The notes under the pieces were generated by a model. It made no database searches. It had not been told where the DNA came from and was given only the letters and a program-made list of their open reading frames with translations. 64,000 nucleotides of DNA from NCBI GenBank assembly GCA_043228905.1, contig JBHGNT010000007.1, positions 21,018,001 to 21,082,000 on the forward strand, in the 5' to 3' direction. This DNA is from Azolla caroliniana (Eukaryota > Plantae > Polypodiophyta). Within the stretch, counting starts at the first letter, position 1. Every line of letters starts with the position of its first letter. Positions 36,781 through 49,800 of this stretch are shown here, one piece after another. The position numbers and the translations under genes are program-made.

Positions 36781-39131
36781 TTATGTCCTCCGTGGTGTCA
36801 GCCGTTTTTGTATGTTCCGGGGAGTGGGGCGGAGATTCTGCCGGGCCCGCACCGTTCTCCGTGTGTCTGATGCTAGCGTGGGCTCGTGTGGATGAACCTC
36901 TTTTTGTGCAGTGGTTTCGTTGTCTAGTCTTGTGGGGAACTCCACTCGTCGGTCCCTGTTGTTCTCCATCGTTGTCATTTCTGGTGATCGGGCCTGAGGT
37001 TCCTCTTCTTCGGCCATGCTCGGAATTGGCGTCGCGTTGGATTCCTCGTTTGTGCGCATGTTCTCGGCTTGTGTGATCTGGTGAAATAGCTCCTTCTGGC
37101 TTTCACCAAAATCATCTAAGAGCTGCGCGAGTTCTTCGGAGTGTTGGTCTGCTAGCGCATGATAGTCTTGCGTTAGGTCCTCTCGTACGGCCTCAATGCT
37201 CTCCTCATTTAGTTTATAGAACCCTCGATCGTCTTTTCGCCGGTTCTCCCAGTCTGCACGATACGCGTGCAATTCTGCTGCTTGGGTTGCCCACGCCATC
37301 CATCCTTTGTCCAACGCCGTTTTCAATTGCGCTGTGAACATCTCCCGATTTGTTTCGAGAAGGATACGCACGTTATCGGTGATGGCCTGGCAATGGTTGC
37401 GTGTGTCTTCCATCGACTTCTGGACATTTGTGATTTCTTGCTGTTTAACCGCCGTTGCTTCCTTGTACGTGGCCTTCAGGCCCGCCCACAACTGGGATTC
37501 CTTTGCATGTTGTTCTTCTAATTTCCCCATTTCATTGTTTAGCCGGATTTCGAGCTGATGCCTTCTGTCTTGTTCGACCACCAACTGCTCGTCGAACCAT
37601 ACCTTCTTTTTTTCTAATAAGGCCCGGAGTCCCACGATAGCCGCCTCCGATTTCTTCGCGTCCTCCCGTAATTGGGTGTTGTCGTGTTTTGTCCGGATGT
37701 GCTGAGCTAGCTCCGTAGCGAGTTTCTCTTCAAGGGTTTTTACTGCCTTCCGGCCGTTAGCCCGTATCTCATTTTCTCTGTCTGACGATTGGTGTAGTTC
37801 CGCTCGAAGGCGGTCAATTTCTGATTCCGCTAGTTGCACGACCCTTTTCGCTTTTGAGGCGATGGCGGTCTGAGCCTCAATTTCTTCCTTTAAAGCGTCG
37901 ATGGCTTGGTTTGGTGGCGGAGTTGCATGTTGCGCCGTAGCCGCGTGGGCTTCCAACTCCGCGATGCGTTCGTTGGCTTTTTGTAGTTCGACTTGGGTTA
38001 GTTTCACCTTCTTCCAGACATTCTTAGTTTTTATGGCCATCTCCTTGGCGACCGTGCTGACCTTTGCCAGTTCCCGATGGACATCGACAAGGGCCGTGTT
38101 TAATGGGGGTATCTCCATCCCCACTCGGTGTACCCCGGCGTTCCTCTGTCTGCCGACCCTGGCTAACCGGTCCTCATTGTCGCTCTTCGTGGCTTGTGTT
38201 AGGGCGCGCTCAATCATCTGGCGTTCCGCATGCTCTTCGGCCATTCGTTGGGCGGCTTTTACCTGTTGTGTTGCCAGGAACTCCATGAGCTCAAAAGAAG
38301 TGTCGAACTGTAAGAGGGCGCTGAACTCGTGGGCCGTATCCGGGATATCCGGATATGCCAAAACCTCGTTTTCCGCCGTCAATACGGCTTTCCCTCGTTG
38401 GGACTGGGTCGTAATGATCGGTCGTGGCTCCCGGATGATTTCAAGGTGGTATTGGGTTCCGTAGCTGCAAAGCCATCGCTTTCGGTCGGTGTTTCTGTCG
38501 CCGTGGAAACGTTTTTGACCAACCCCCGCCCATTTTTCCTGTCCAATCTACGCCGTTTCGATCTAGGGCTATCCTACAGTGTTTCGTTGTCTGGCTCTGG
38601 GGCTCCCTCCATGGAACGTGTCAGCTATTCCTCTTGCGTTGTCCGTGTGTCCGGTTGGTCGGTAGGTGGTGTTGTCCTTGGGTCGGGTTGGGCGGTTTGG
38701 GGTTCCTCTTCCCACTCTAGGGCTGATAACTCCGCTAACTTGCGCTTCGCAGATCGGGGCGGGGGCGTGGGCCGGCTGGGTTGCGGTGCCGGCAGGCCTC
38801 GGGGTGGAAATAGTACCATAAGGTACTATTGTATGATCATCTTGAGCTTTTTGCCTGCTTGGTACGCATGCATGCCTTCCCTTAATGTCGGCCCTGTGAT
38901 GACCCCCCAATCGACCGCGCGCCCCTCAAAGGTATCGATAATGATGCCTGCCTTCTGCTTAGGCATCCCATATGCGTTGTCATGTACGCAGCCGACTTCT
39001 AGTAGGAATTTGGCAACTTCACGGAAGAAGGGATCTAGAATCTGCTTGGTTCTATAGGCCTTGGCGGAGGAGGAATATGGCCCGAAATATCGCTGCAGCG
39101 CCTCTGCAGGAGGGATGTCGAAATGCCTTTT
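36781..39131 (-). pseudogene. Extra sense ORF of the Athila-like element (globular N-terminal domain, Pro-rich linker, long coiled coil); its N-terminus lies at ~56315-56600
   Basis: ORFs 38826-39143 and 38625-38819 are in frame, separated by a TAG. ORF 36781-38382 (533 aa, heptad-rich) follows after a frameshift. The frame rejoins LSSLGK|RHFDIP once the DNA transposon and one TTTT are removed. Confidence 0.8.
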
Positions 39132-39484
39132 GGGTGAAAGCATGCGAGTGGAAACAATTAGCTATGTCCTTGACATAGCTAATTAGCTATGCAAAAAGCT
39201 ACCATTGATAAATAGTCATTTTAGGAAAAAGCCATCATTAATAAATTAAGTATGGAAAAAACTACCATTGAAAATACTAGAGTGTTTTAATTACATATGT
39301 AAATGAGTGCCATAAATGTGCAACATAAATTGATGTGTGCACCATAAATGTGTACCGTAAATTATATATCGAATTCCTAGGTCCATTATGCATGATCCTT
39401 TGCCACATCACATAGGCCATCTCTAGTTGAGTACTGTGGGTTAGTTGCTACCACTGTTGCTAAACCCTATCGAGTCCACCTGCC

Positions 39485-39884
39485 GCCACTCTACACTGGG
39501 GGGCCGCTACTGTGCGTTCCAAGCATCATCAAAGAGCTGCTCAATATGTCGGGGTTCTCTTCTCTGTGACACTCTACACTCAGGGGCCACTACTATGCAT
39601 TCCAAGCATCATCAAAGAGATGTTCAATCTGACGGGGTTCTCTTCTCTATGCCACTCTACACTCAGGGGTCGCTACTGTGCGTTCCAAGCATCATCAAAG
39701 AGCTGTTTAATCTGATGGGGTTCTCTTCTCTGTGCCACTCTACACTCAAGGGCCGCTACCGTGCGTTCCAAGCATCATCAAAGAGCTGTTCAATCTGACG
39801 GGGTTCTCTTCTCTTTGCCACTCTACACTCAAGGGCCGCTACCGTGCGTTCCCAGCATCATCAAAGAGCTGTTCAATCTGACGG
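39485..39884. repeat. 83-bp subterminal tandem repeat (5 units; continues, diverged, at 46496-46750)
   Basis: TCC(A/C)AGCATCATCAAAGAG recurs at 39518, 39601, 39684, 39767 and 39850. Confidence 0.92.
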
Positions 39885-42800
39885 TGTCGTAGTGTATTCC
39901 ACACACTACGTGAAAACCATAAAATAATATATCCGATTTTATATACATATAAATAAATAAATAATATATCAAAAGAATTTATCACGTGCAAAGGGCAGGA
40001 TTCGAACCATGCACCTCCACGTAGATAAACCCCAACTTTACCATTGTAATAACTTATCTTTAGTGTTATAAATATAGATTTAATACGTATAAGACCTTTA
40101 TTTACACATACCTTTATTAAAAGGTAAAAATCATGTATTCTTTAGAGTGTGAATATTTTATTTACACGTGACATTAAAAGTGACTCATGCACATCTAGCG
40201 TGCATGAGCCCTATATTTAGGAAATGACAAAGCATCACATGCACATTTAGTGTGCATGGACACTTTAGGTGGAAAAGCATGAAGCCATGCTTAGCCTCTG
40301 CCATCTTTATATAAGGAGGAGAGAAATATGTATAAGGTTGTTGATTAATATACAAGGATTGATCAATCTAATATATTAGTGGGATTCAGGAATTTTGCCA
40401 TCTAATTGCTCTTATAATCTAAATATTGTTTTAAAATACACTAAACTCGTGGGATTCACGAGATTGCTATCTTACTTCTCTTTCCACTATTCATAACTAG
40501 CCTTAAGTTGTATTCCTCTTCCTCCTAGTCAAAAACCTCGGCGGTTCCCACCCGACTCATGCAACGATCCGGAGCCGAAGGGCACGACACAGTTGGTGAA
40601 CCCGACGTGAAGACCGGGTGGCAAGGAGATGGAAAATCAACCGGAGGCTAGCAACATGATGATGATGTTCGAGCGCATGCTACAAGAACAACGCGCGTTG
40701 TCGGAGATAGCGGCATCAGTGGAGCGGCTCGTGCAACGAAACGAGCAATTCAACGGGAAAGACGGGTCGCGGTATCTTCGGGACTACAAGGCAGAGATGC
40801 TACGGTACGGAATATCGGAAGGACTGCAAGTGACGTTCTTCAACCGGGTGGCGACCGACGGGCTTCAAGCAAGCATCTATGGGCTACGACAGCAAAATCC
40901 GACATGGGAGGCATTTGAAGAAGAGCTAAAGAGGACGTTCGCCATCGAGGATTCCTCCAAGGCGACGCGAAGGGGATTCGAAGATTGGGTGGAGACGCCG
41001 GACAAGGGATTGAAGGTCGTTGATGTGTTTTCGGCATTCGAAAGCCGGTTCGGGAGGTTGTCCGCGAGAGATCAAGCTATCCTCGTACCGGACAAGGTGA
41101 TCATGTTCTTGCGAGCCGTGGACGTCCGGGACCGGAAAGATTTCGGAGTGCTCTTGGAGGACACGACCACGGAGAGTGGTCTCACTGAAACATGGGAAAG
41201 TGTGCGGGATATCGTCGCGCGATACATGAAGAGGGGGCAATGGCTTGCCAAAGAGGAAAAGAGGGTTTCGGAACCGATTCCAAAACCGAGAACCGGATTG
41301 GAAGACCATCAACCGAGGGCTCGAGAGACTACAACCGAGAAGGGGATTGATGCATCTACGGTGGAGCAACTATTGAAGGAGATGGAGAATCTGAAGATCG
41401 CGATGGTGAAGAAGTCGGATGACTGCCCCACAAGCTCCAAGTATACGGACCGACGGTGCATATGGTACGATAGCGCCGAACATGATCGGATGGATTGCGA
41501 CGAGCATAAGGAGGCGCTACGGCGAGATCTCATCTACTACGAGGGAAACCGGATTCATTCGATGGACTCTCGGAAGCCACTCCGACCGAACTTCCGGAAA
41601 GACGGCATGAAGAAGGTGCTCGAGGAGGAATTGGCGGCAAGAAGCAACTATACGACAACCGCAGGAATATGTGTCGGGGAGTCATCGAGAGCAAAGACGT
41701 CTTTTTGGCCGGAAGTTCTAGAAAACACCGAGAAAACCGACTCCAACGAGATCCGAAGCACCGCGGAAGGCGTCTGGGAAGCTACGGGATGGGAGTGCCC
41801 TGTCGACAAGAATAGCGTACATGCCCTGTGTCAATTGCATAAGGTGTATGTGGACGAGAAATGACGACGCACGGAGGATGCGGCCGGGCCACCGAAGATA
41901 TTGGAAAGCTGGAACTCCGGAGGTAAGGGAAAAGAAAAGGCGACTCCGGCATTCAAGCTCGCCTCGGACATAGAACAACAAACCGACTTGAAAAGAATGT
42001 TCAAGGAAAGAATCTTGGATAGCCAGGTAGATTTCTCGCTTCGGGAGCTACTCGAAATAGCAAAGAAGGAGTTCCACGATCTTCTCGTGGATCTCGTGAA
42101 GCGAAAAAGACAAAGTACGGAGGAAAATGCTCCAAGGGTGAATGCGAACACCGTTTTAATGAACGACACCGAAGTGGAGGACGAAATTCCGAACTCCCAC
42201 TATACAAGGCCACATTGGGCACGCACGACTACGGAGACTCCGGTCCGAATCGGCAACATCAAAGAACCCGTGCTAGTATTGATTGATCACGGATCGGAGA
42301 TCAACTTGATGTCCAAGGAGTTCTACCGGAAGGGGAAGTGGCCTATTAACACCAACCATGGATGGAAGATTCGGGCGGCCACCAAAGCAACAGAAGATCT
42401 ATTTGCGGCTTGTCCAGATGTGACGGTGAAGATCGGGGATGTTGAGATCGACCAAAATTTCTTCGTGCAAGATGAGGTTTCACATTCCGTCATCCTCGGC
42501 CAACCCTTTATCACGGCATCACGGATGGAGACGAAGGTGCTCGATAGCGGTGCGGCTTTTGCGCGAATTCGGAGCCAAAACGGTGGGAAATCCGTCCAAT
42601 TCCTAACGGTGTCGGCAAATCACAAAAGGAACAAGAGGGAACTCTTGTCCCAAGTGAGAATGGATTTTTAAAGCGGACTGTTGCGGAGTGGGGAAGTGAT
42701 AGTCCGAGAAGCCCTGATACCCCACACAGGAAGAAAACTCTCGGAGCAAAACATGTACGAATCGGTCCGGATGGGGCATCTACGTACACGACCGTAACCG

Positions 42801-45800
42801 AAGGATTGAAGAAAGGATACCGACAAGTGGAGGATAAGTTGCGGTCGGCATCAATAATAAAAGAAGATGAAGAAATCGTGGGGATAGTCGAAGAAGTGTT
42901 CTATGGGAGCACGCTACAACGACTTGAAGAGCTTGCGGAAGATAAAAGCCAAGGGAACCGGGTAGTCCCGGTGGAATCGGTCGAGATGTACGAGATCATT
43001 GCGAAAATGGAGCCGGATACGCTCCGCAAAGAAGAAGCAATGGTAAGTACGAAATACAAGACCGTGGAGAAGAAGGTGAAACTGGCCGCGAGACCACTAC
43101 CCGCCGATAGCAAACAAAAGAGGAAAGAAGTCTCGGGAGATCCGACACTTCGGAAGTCCGTGGACATCGGACATGCCTTCACGGATGAGACCCGGAAGAA
43201 ACTTCGGATCGGTGGAGGTGGGTTCCTATTACAAAAAGAAGAAGAACGGTTTCGCGAGATGTTGGAGCACCACGGCAAAGCATTTGCATTTACATCGAGG
43301 GAGATAGGGTGCGTCGATCCGAGAATAGTGGAGCCAATGGTGATCTTCACGATTGACCATGTACCGTGGAACTTGAAGCCGATTCCGGTGCCACGAGCGC
43401 ATATTCCAAAAGTCATTGACTTGCTCAAGGAGAAGGTGGTGATGGGGATTCTAGAGCCATCAACTGCTCCGTACTCAAATCGATGGTTTACGGTTCCGAA
43501 GAAGAATGGGTCACTCCGATTTATCCAAGACTTGCAACCGGTGAATAAGGTCACGATCCGGAACTCGCGAGTCGGTCCGATAGTGGACGAATTTGCGGAA
43601 GCTTTTGCCGGTCGTGCGATATACTCCATCGGAGACCTATACTCGGGGTATGACCAATTCCAACTAGCCGTGGAGAGCCGAGACATCACAACCATGCGAA
43701 CACCGATAGGATTAGTCCGAATGTGCACACTACCACAAGGAGCGACAAACTCGGTTGCTCATATGATGAACGCGATGAACAAGGTGCTTCGAGACTGCAT
43801 TCCGGAGATAACGATGCCATTCCTCGATGACATTCCGATGAAAGGATACGCGGTAGAAGAAAAAGATGACACTATGGATGATCGGGGATGCCGAAAGTTC
43901 GTGGTCGACCATATTTATGATTGCGAGAAAGTGTTGCGAAAGCTAGAAGATGTGCACCTAACACTTTCCGGGGAGAAATCGGCATTCGGGCAAGAAGAAA
44001 TATTGGTGGTCGGACATCTATGTGGGCCCTACGGCCGAAGACCGTCACCAACAAAGATCGATGCGATTCAAGCTATGGAGGAAGTATGCGAGTCAACATC
44101 CGAAGTCCGAAGGTTTCTCGGTGCATGTGCATTCTATCACATATGGATTCCGCACTATGCACATATAGCGGACCCGCGCTACCACTTGTTGTGGAAAGGT
44201 AAGAAATTCGAATGGAAACCGGAACACACCAAAGCCATGAAGAAATTGAAGAAGACACTTCGGAGGGCGGAAGCACTTAAGAAGCCGAGCTATGACCAAC
44301 CGATCATAGTAACGGTTGATACAAGTCCAACCGGTATCGGGTGGGTCATCAATCAAGCCGACTCGGATGGTTCGCGGTATCCGATCCGATTCGGAGCAAA
44401 GGTTCTCAACGAAAGGCAACGTGGATATGCACAAGTCAAAAGAGAACTGTGGGGAGTCGTGTCGGCGATAAAATCGGATCGAAGCCGAAGTGGTGATCGA
44501 GACGGATTGTCTTCCGATACTCGGGATGATGCGGTGTTGTACGATACCGGATGTAGCTATGCTAAGGTGGGTTGCATATGTCAAGTCGCTTAATCCGGAG
44601 GTTCGACACATCTCGGGGAAGGACAACGCGGTAGCGGATATGTTATCAAGGGCTCGGTTCGGAGACGACATAACCGAATCGGATAATGAAGAAGTTTCTG
44701 AAGACTACTTCGCGTCGGAGCACATATGCCGAGTAAACGTAATCCGAGAATTCTGGGAAGAAGAATACGAGGGAGAAAGCTTGATGATCGGAAAGATGTT
44801 ACAAGAGGCCGAGGATTCAACAAACGATAAAGGAAGAAGAGCCGAGATCCGAAGGAAGAAGAGACAAGTCCAAAAGTTCTTCTTGGAAAACAGATTAATA
44901 TGGAGGGCGCCGAAAAGACCGGATGGTATACCACTTCGAGTAGTCGGGACAAAAGAGCAATGAAACCGGATAATGTCCGAGTTTCACGAATCCTATTGGG
45001 CTGGACACCGAGGAACATGGGCAACATTTGTGAAGATCAAGCAAAAATATTGGTGGAAGAAAATGTACAAAGATGTCGCGGAGTTCACGGAAAGCTGCGA
45101 GAAATGTCAAGTCTACTCTGGGGTTCGACATCGAGATGAGTTACATCCGACATTCTCACCGACAATCAACTTCAAGTGGATGGATGACATAGTGGCCATG
45201 CCGACCGGGATCGGACAAAAGAAATACTTGGTATTAGCTCGGGAAGATCTCACGAATCAAGTAGAAGGTCGAGCGCTTCAGAGGAAAACGTGTTCCGCGG
45301 TATGCCAATTTCTTTTGGAGGAAGTATTTTGCAGGTACGGGTGCGTAGGACAAGTGATTGCGGACTGGGGAGAACTCGACTCCGACAAAGCTAGGGGATT
45401 CTTCGCCAAACACGGAGTTCGGTTATCGCTGACAACGGCATACAATCCGGAGGCCAACGGGAAAATCGAACGAGGCCATACGAGGTTCGGAAAGTCTTCG
45501 ACAAGGGAACGTACCGACTGTCCGAGTTGGATGGAACAATGCTACGAGTGCTTATTGCCGGGAAGCGGGTGAAGATTTTCAAGAAGCGGACCGACGACAA
45601 ACCCTATGTGATCCAAGTCAAGGCTGACAACGAGGAGCAATCGGACGAAGACCACGGTGATGCGGGAAGCGAAGAAAGTGAATTACAACTCATAGTCGAC
45701 ATAAGGGGAGAATCGGAGGAAGCTTTGGGTGAAGACGGATATGGGGAATCGAGAACTTCGGCACATACCGGAGGATGTGCGGGTTCGGAGGGGGCGAGTG

Positions 45801-46495
45801 TCGTAGTGTATTCCACACACTACGTGAAAACCATAAAATAATATATCCGATTTTAGATACATATAAATAAATAAATAATATATCAAAAAAATTTATCACA
45901 TGCAAAGGGCAGGATTCGAACCATGCACCTCCACGTAGATAAACCCCAACTTTACCATTGTAATAACTTATCTTTAGTGTTATAAATATAGATTTAATAC
46001 GTATAAGACCTTTATTTACACATACCTTTATTAAAAGGTAAAAATCATGTATTCTTTAGAGTGTGAATATTTTATTTACACGTGACATTAAAAGTGACTC
46101 ATGCACATCTAGCGTGCATGAGCCCTATATTTAGGAAATGACAAAGCATCACATGCACATTTAGTGTGCATGGACACTTTAGGTGGAAAAGCATGAAGCC
46201 ATGCTTAGCCTCTGCCATCTTTATATAAGGAGGAGAGAAATATGTATAAGGTTGTTGATTAATATACAAGGATTGATCAATCTAATATATTAGTGGGATT
46301 CAGGAATTTTGCCATCTAATTGCTCTTATAATCTAAATATTGTTTTAAAATACACTAAACTCGTGGGATTCACGAGATTGCTATCTTACTTCTCTTTCCA
46401 CTATTCATAACTAGCCTTAAGTTGTATTCCTCTTCCTCCTAGTCAAAAACCTCGGCGGTTCCCACCCGACTCACGCAACGATCCGGAGCCGAAGG
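39885..46495 (+). mobile_element. Young Phygy-like Ty3/Gypsy element (LTRs 39885-40589 and 45799-46495), tRNA-Trp PBS
   Basis: LTRs differ at about 4 positions. PBS TGGTGAACCCGACGTGA at 40594-40610; PPT GGAGGGGGCGAG before 45799. Gag starts at 40629; PR (LIDHGSEIN); RT/RH 42806-44593 (MPFLDD); INT 44973-45480 with a deletion. The last 8 bp of the 3' LTR and the right TSD are lost. Confidence 0.95.
42662..42725 (+). promoter_or_regulatory. Predicted -1 ribosomal frameshift signal (G_GAU_UUU plus H-type pseudoknot)
   Basis: The heptamer directly precedes the gag-PR stop, and the -1 frame is open into pol. Stem 42674-42684 pairs with 42696-42706; loop GTGGGG (42688-42693) pairs with CCCCAC (42720-42725). 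Confidence 0.75.
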
Positions 46496-46886
46496 TGCCT
46501 TCTATGTGCGTTCCAAGCATCATCGATAACTGTTCAATCTGACGGGGTTCTCTCCTCCATTGCCATCATTCTATACTCAGTTACCGCTATTGTCCAGTCC
46601 CGAATTGTTTCCACATTTCGATTTGACGGAGTTCACTCATCCAACGGCAACATTCTACACTCAGTTGTCGCCATTGGTCGGTCTTGGATCGCCTCCTCAA
46701 CTGTTCGATCCAACGGAGTGAACTCCTCTACTGTTCGGTCTTGGATTGCAATAACTTTTCTATCTATTGATTATTTTGTGTATTGTTGTGTCTAATCTTG
46801 TGTATTGTGGAATATTTTTGTGTATTGTTGTTGCCCATAGCCAACTTAAGTACTTGTTTTTTTTTCTGGAAATTTAGGGTTTTAAC

Positions 46887-49800
46887 ATGTCCAGCCAAAT
46901 GGAAGGGGAAGAAGGGTGTTTAGAATTACCCCTCAATGATCATAAGGATAGGGATGATGCTATCAGGACACAACAAGCCATACGAAACTATTGGGCAGAA
47001 AAAAAAGAAGGAAACATCGTCAATTGTTGAAAGATACGAAAGCCACACTCAATAAAGGTAAGGATAGTTTAGCTGAGAATGTAAGTAATGCGACTACCAT
47101 CATAGAGAGAAAGGTTATAGACAATTTCAATGTTCAAACCAAGCACATCAGCAATGAAGAAAAGAAGGTAGTACTTTATGGAATATGTAATGATCCATCG
47201 ATAAAGGACTTAGTTGATTGTGATGGTCTTAATGCAAACATATCATCTATTTTAGTAAATAATCTTCGTAATAGTTTCGTATCCATGAGCAGGTCAGAAT
47301 ATGATCTTGTCTTAAAAAGGTCTATAGTCTAATGATGTTACTTAATAGTGATGTTGATGATATAAATATCAGTGAGCTATCTAAGGTAATTGGTGTTAGT
47401 AGAAAAACAGTGTACAATACAATGAACCGTATAATTTCCTCGGGTAAAGGAACTACTCTACTAAAGCTAACTACAAGATGTAAGCCAATGACACCCATAA
47501 CATTTGAAATCAAGGATGTAATCACAATGTTTTGGACTAATGAGAGTAGGGTTTCACCCAATAAAAAGGATTTATGCAGGAAACGTGTTGGAAGAAATCA
47601 ATACGAGGAGCATCCCATTCATCTTCTTGATGTACCTCAGGTATTTATATTTATCTCAACATTTGTTTTGCCTCTACACGGAAAGTTAATTAGCTCAGTT
47701 AGCAGAAAAGCTAATTAGCTTATTAGTTACATTTACCTCAGTTAGCTACTAGGATAGCTACTACATAGGTAACTAGCTACTCTCAATAGCTACTACCATG
47801 ATAGCTAATTAGCTATTCTCAATAGCTAATTTAGGTACTACCAGATAATTAGCTGTACTGGTAGCTAGTTAGCTATCATGGTAGCTAGCTAGCTATTTCG
47901 TTATTACCAGCTAATTAGCTACTAGGAAAGCTAATTAGCTACCATGATAGCTAATTAGCTATCATGATAGCTAATTAGCTACTAGGATAGCTACTACATA
48001 GGTAACTGGCTACTCTCAATAGCTACTACCATGATAGCTAATTAGCTATTCTCAATAGCTAATTTAGGTACTACCAGATAATTAGCTGTACTGGTAGCTA
48101 GTTAGCTATCATGGTAGCTAGCTAGCTATTTCGTTATTACCAGCTAATTATCTACTAGGAAAGCTAATTAGCTACCATGATAGCTAATTAGCTATCATGA
48201 TAGCTAATTAGCTACTAGGATTGCTACTACATAGGTAACTGGCTACTCTCAATAGCTACTACCATGATAGCTAATTAGCTATTCTCAATAGCTAATTTAG
48301 GTACTACCAGATAATTAGTTGTACTGGTAGCTAGTTACCTATTTCGTTATTACCAGCTAATTAGCTACTAGGAAAGCTAATTAGCTACCATGACAGCTAA
48401 TTAGCTTACTAAGATAGCTAATTAGCCACCGTGATAGCTAATTAGCTACTAGACCAGCTAATTTGCTACCATGATAGCTAATTAGTTAGGACAGCTAATT
48501 AGCCACCATTATAGCTAATTAGCTACCATGATAGCTAATTAGCTACTAGACCAGGTAATTAGTTACTAGGACAGCTAATTAGCCACCATGATAGCTAATT
48601 AGCTACTAGACCCGCTAATTAGCTACCATGATAGCTAATTAGCTACTAGACTAGCTAATTAGCTACCATGATAGCTAATTAGTTACTAGGAAAGCTAATT
48701 AGCTATTAGACCAGCTAATTAGCTACCATGGTAGCTAATTAGCTACTAGGACAACTAATTAGATACCATGATAGCTAATTAGCTACTAGATTAGCTAATA
48801 AGCTACTAGAATAGCTAATTAGCTACTAGAATAGCTAATTAGCTACTAGAATAGCTAATTAGCTACTAGAATAGCTAATTAGCTACTAGAATAGCTAATT
48901 AGCTACTAGGATAGCTAATTAGCTACTAGGATAGTTAGCTAGTTACGAGAATAACTAATTCCCCTTTATTAAGCAGGTCGATTTATTTATTAGGTTCAAA
49001 CGAATGCATCCAACTATCAAAGTTCAACTACGAACATTCGAGTCTCTTAAGCCACACTTTGTGAGATGCTTAAAGGATCGATACACATGTTGTTGCATTT
49101 ACCATGTACAGATGGGTTTTCTGAAGGACTCTGTTAATCTACTACGTCACCATAGCGCATCCCTAACTAATACAGTTTGCACATGTGGGTGCCCAATCTG
49201 TCTATCAAGCCCGCAAGAGGAGTGTAAATCATCTGAGCACGTTATCTCTTCCATGAGTTATTTATTAGATTCAATATTGTGTCCGAGAGAAACTGACGCT
49301 ATCTTTCATATTCATAAATGTGTCATCGGTTTATGTCAAGATTGTGGCCCTACTAGATTTAGGTGGTGTCCAAATGAATTGAGTAGTGAAATATTGATCT
49401 CTGTGAAGTTCTTTGAGTCAGTGAACACCAATTTCGAAGGAAAGGTGTGTAAAAGAAAGGATCTAGTTCGGAAGATGCTTAAACCAAGGGATTTGGTGTC
49501 TCTGTTTGTAGTATCTCTAGGAAAGTTCATTAAACACAACTTCATTTATTCATGGCAGGCCCATTAGTTTAAGACTTGCATATCTGATTTCCCAAATGAT
49601 GTAGTAGTCTCAGTAGTAGACTTCGCAGAGAATTATACTTTCAAGCAGCAGAATGAAATTCAATCTATACATTGGTGTTCAGTTCAGGTAACCATTTTTG
49701 TGCACATAACATATTTTCGAGTTTCAGGTGATGTTAAAAAAGTAATTCATTTCTTTATTTCCGATGATAAGAAGCATGATACCTTGTTCGTCCAACACTG

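Noticed and set aside
39485-39884. 83-bp repeats (and the AGCT arrays) as a CRISPR-like array
   Set aside because: The units are contiguous, near-identical tandem copies with no unique spacers, there are no cas genes, and the context is a eukaryotic transposon.
42901-43728. Long antisense ORFs over RT/PR (also 59121-59951 and 38329-39057)
   Set aside because: These are shadow frames of retroelement coding sequence with no recognisable motifs.
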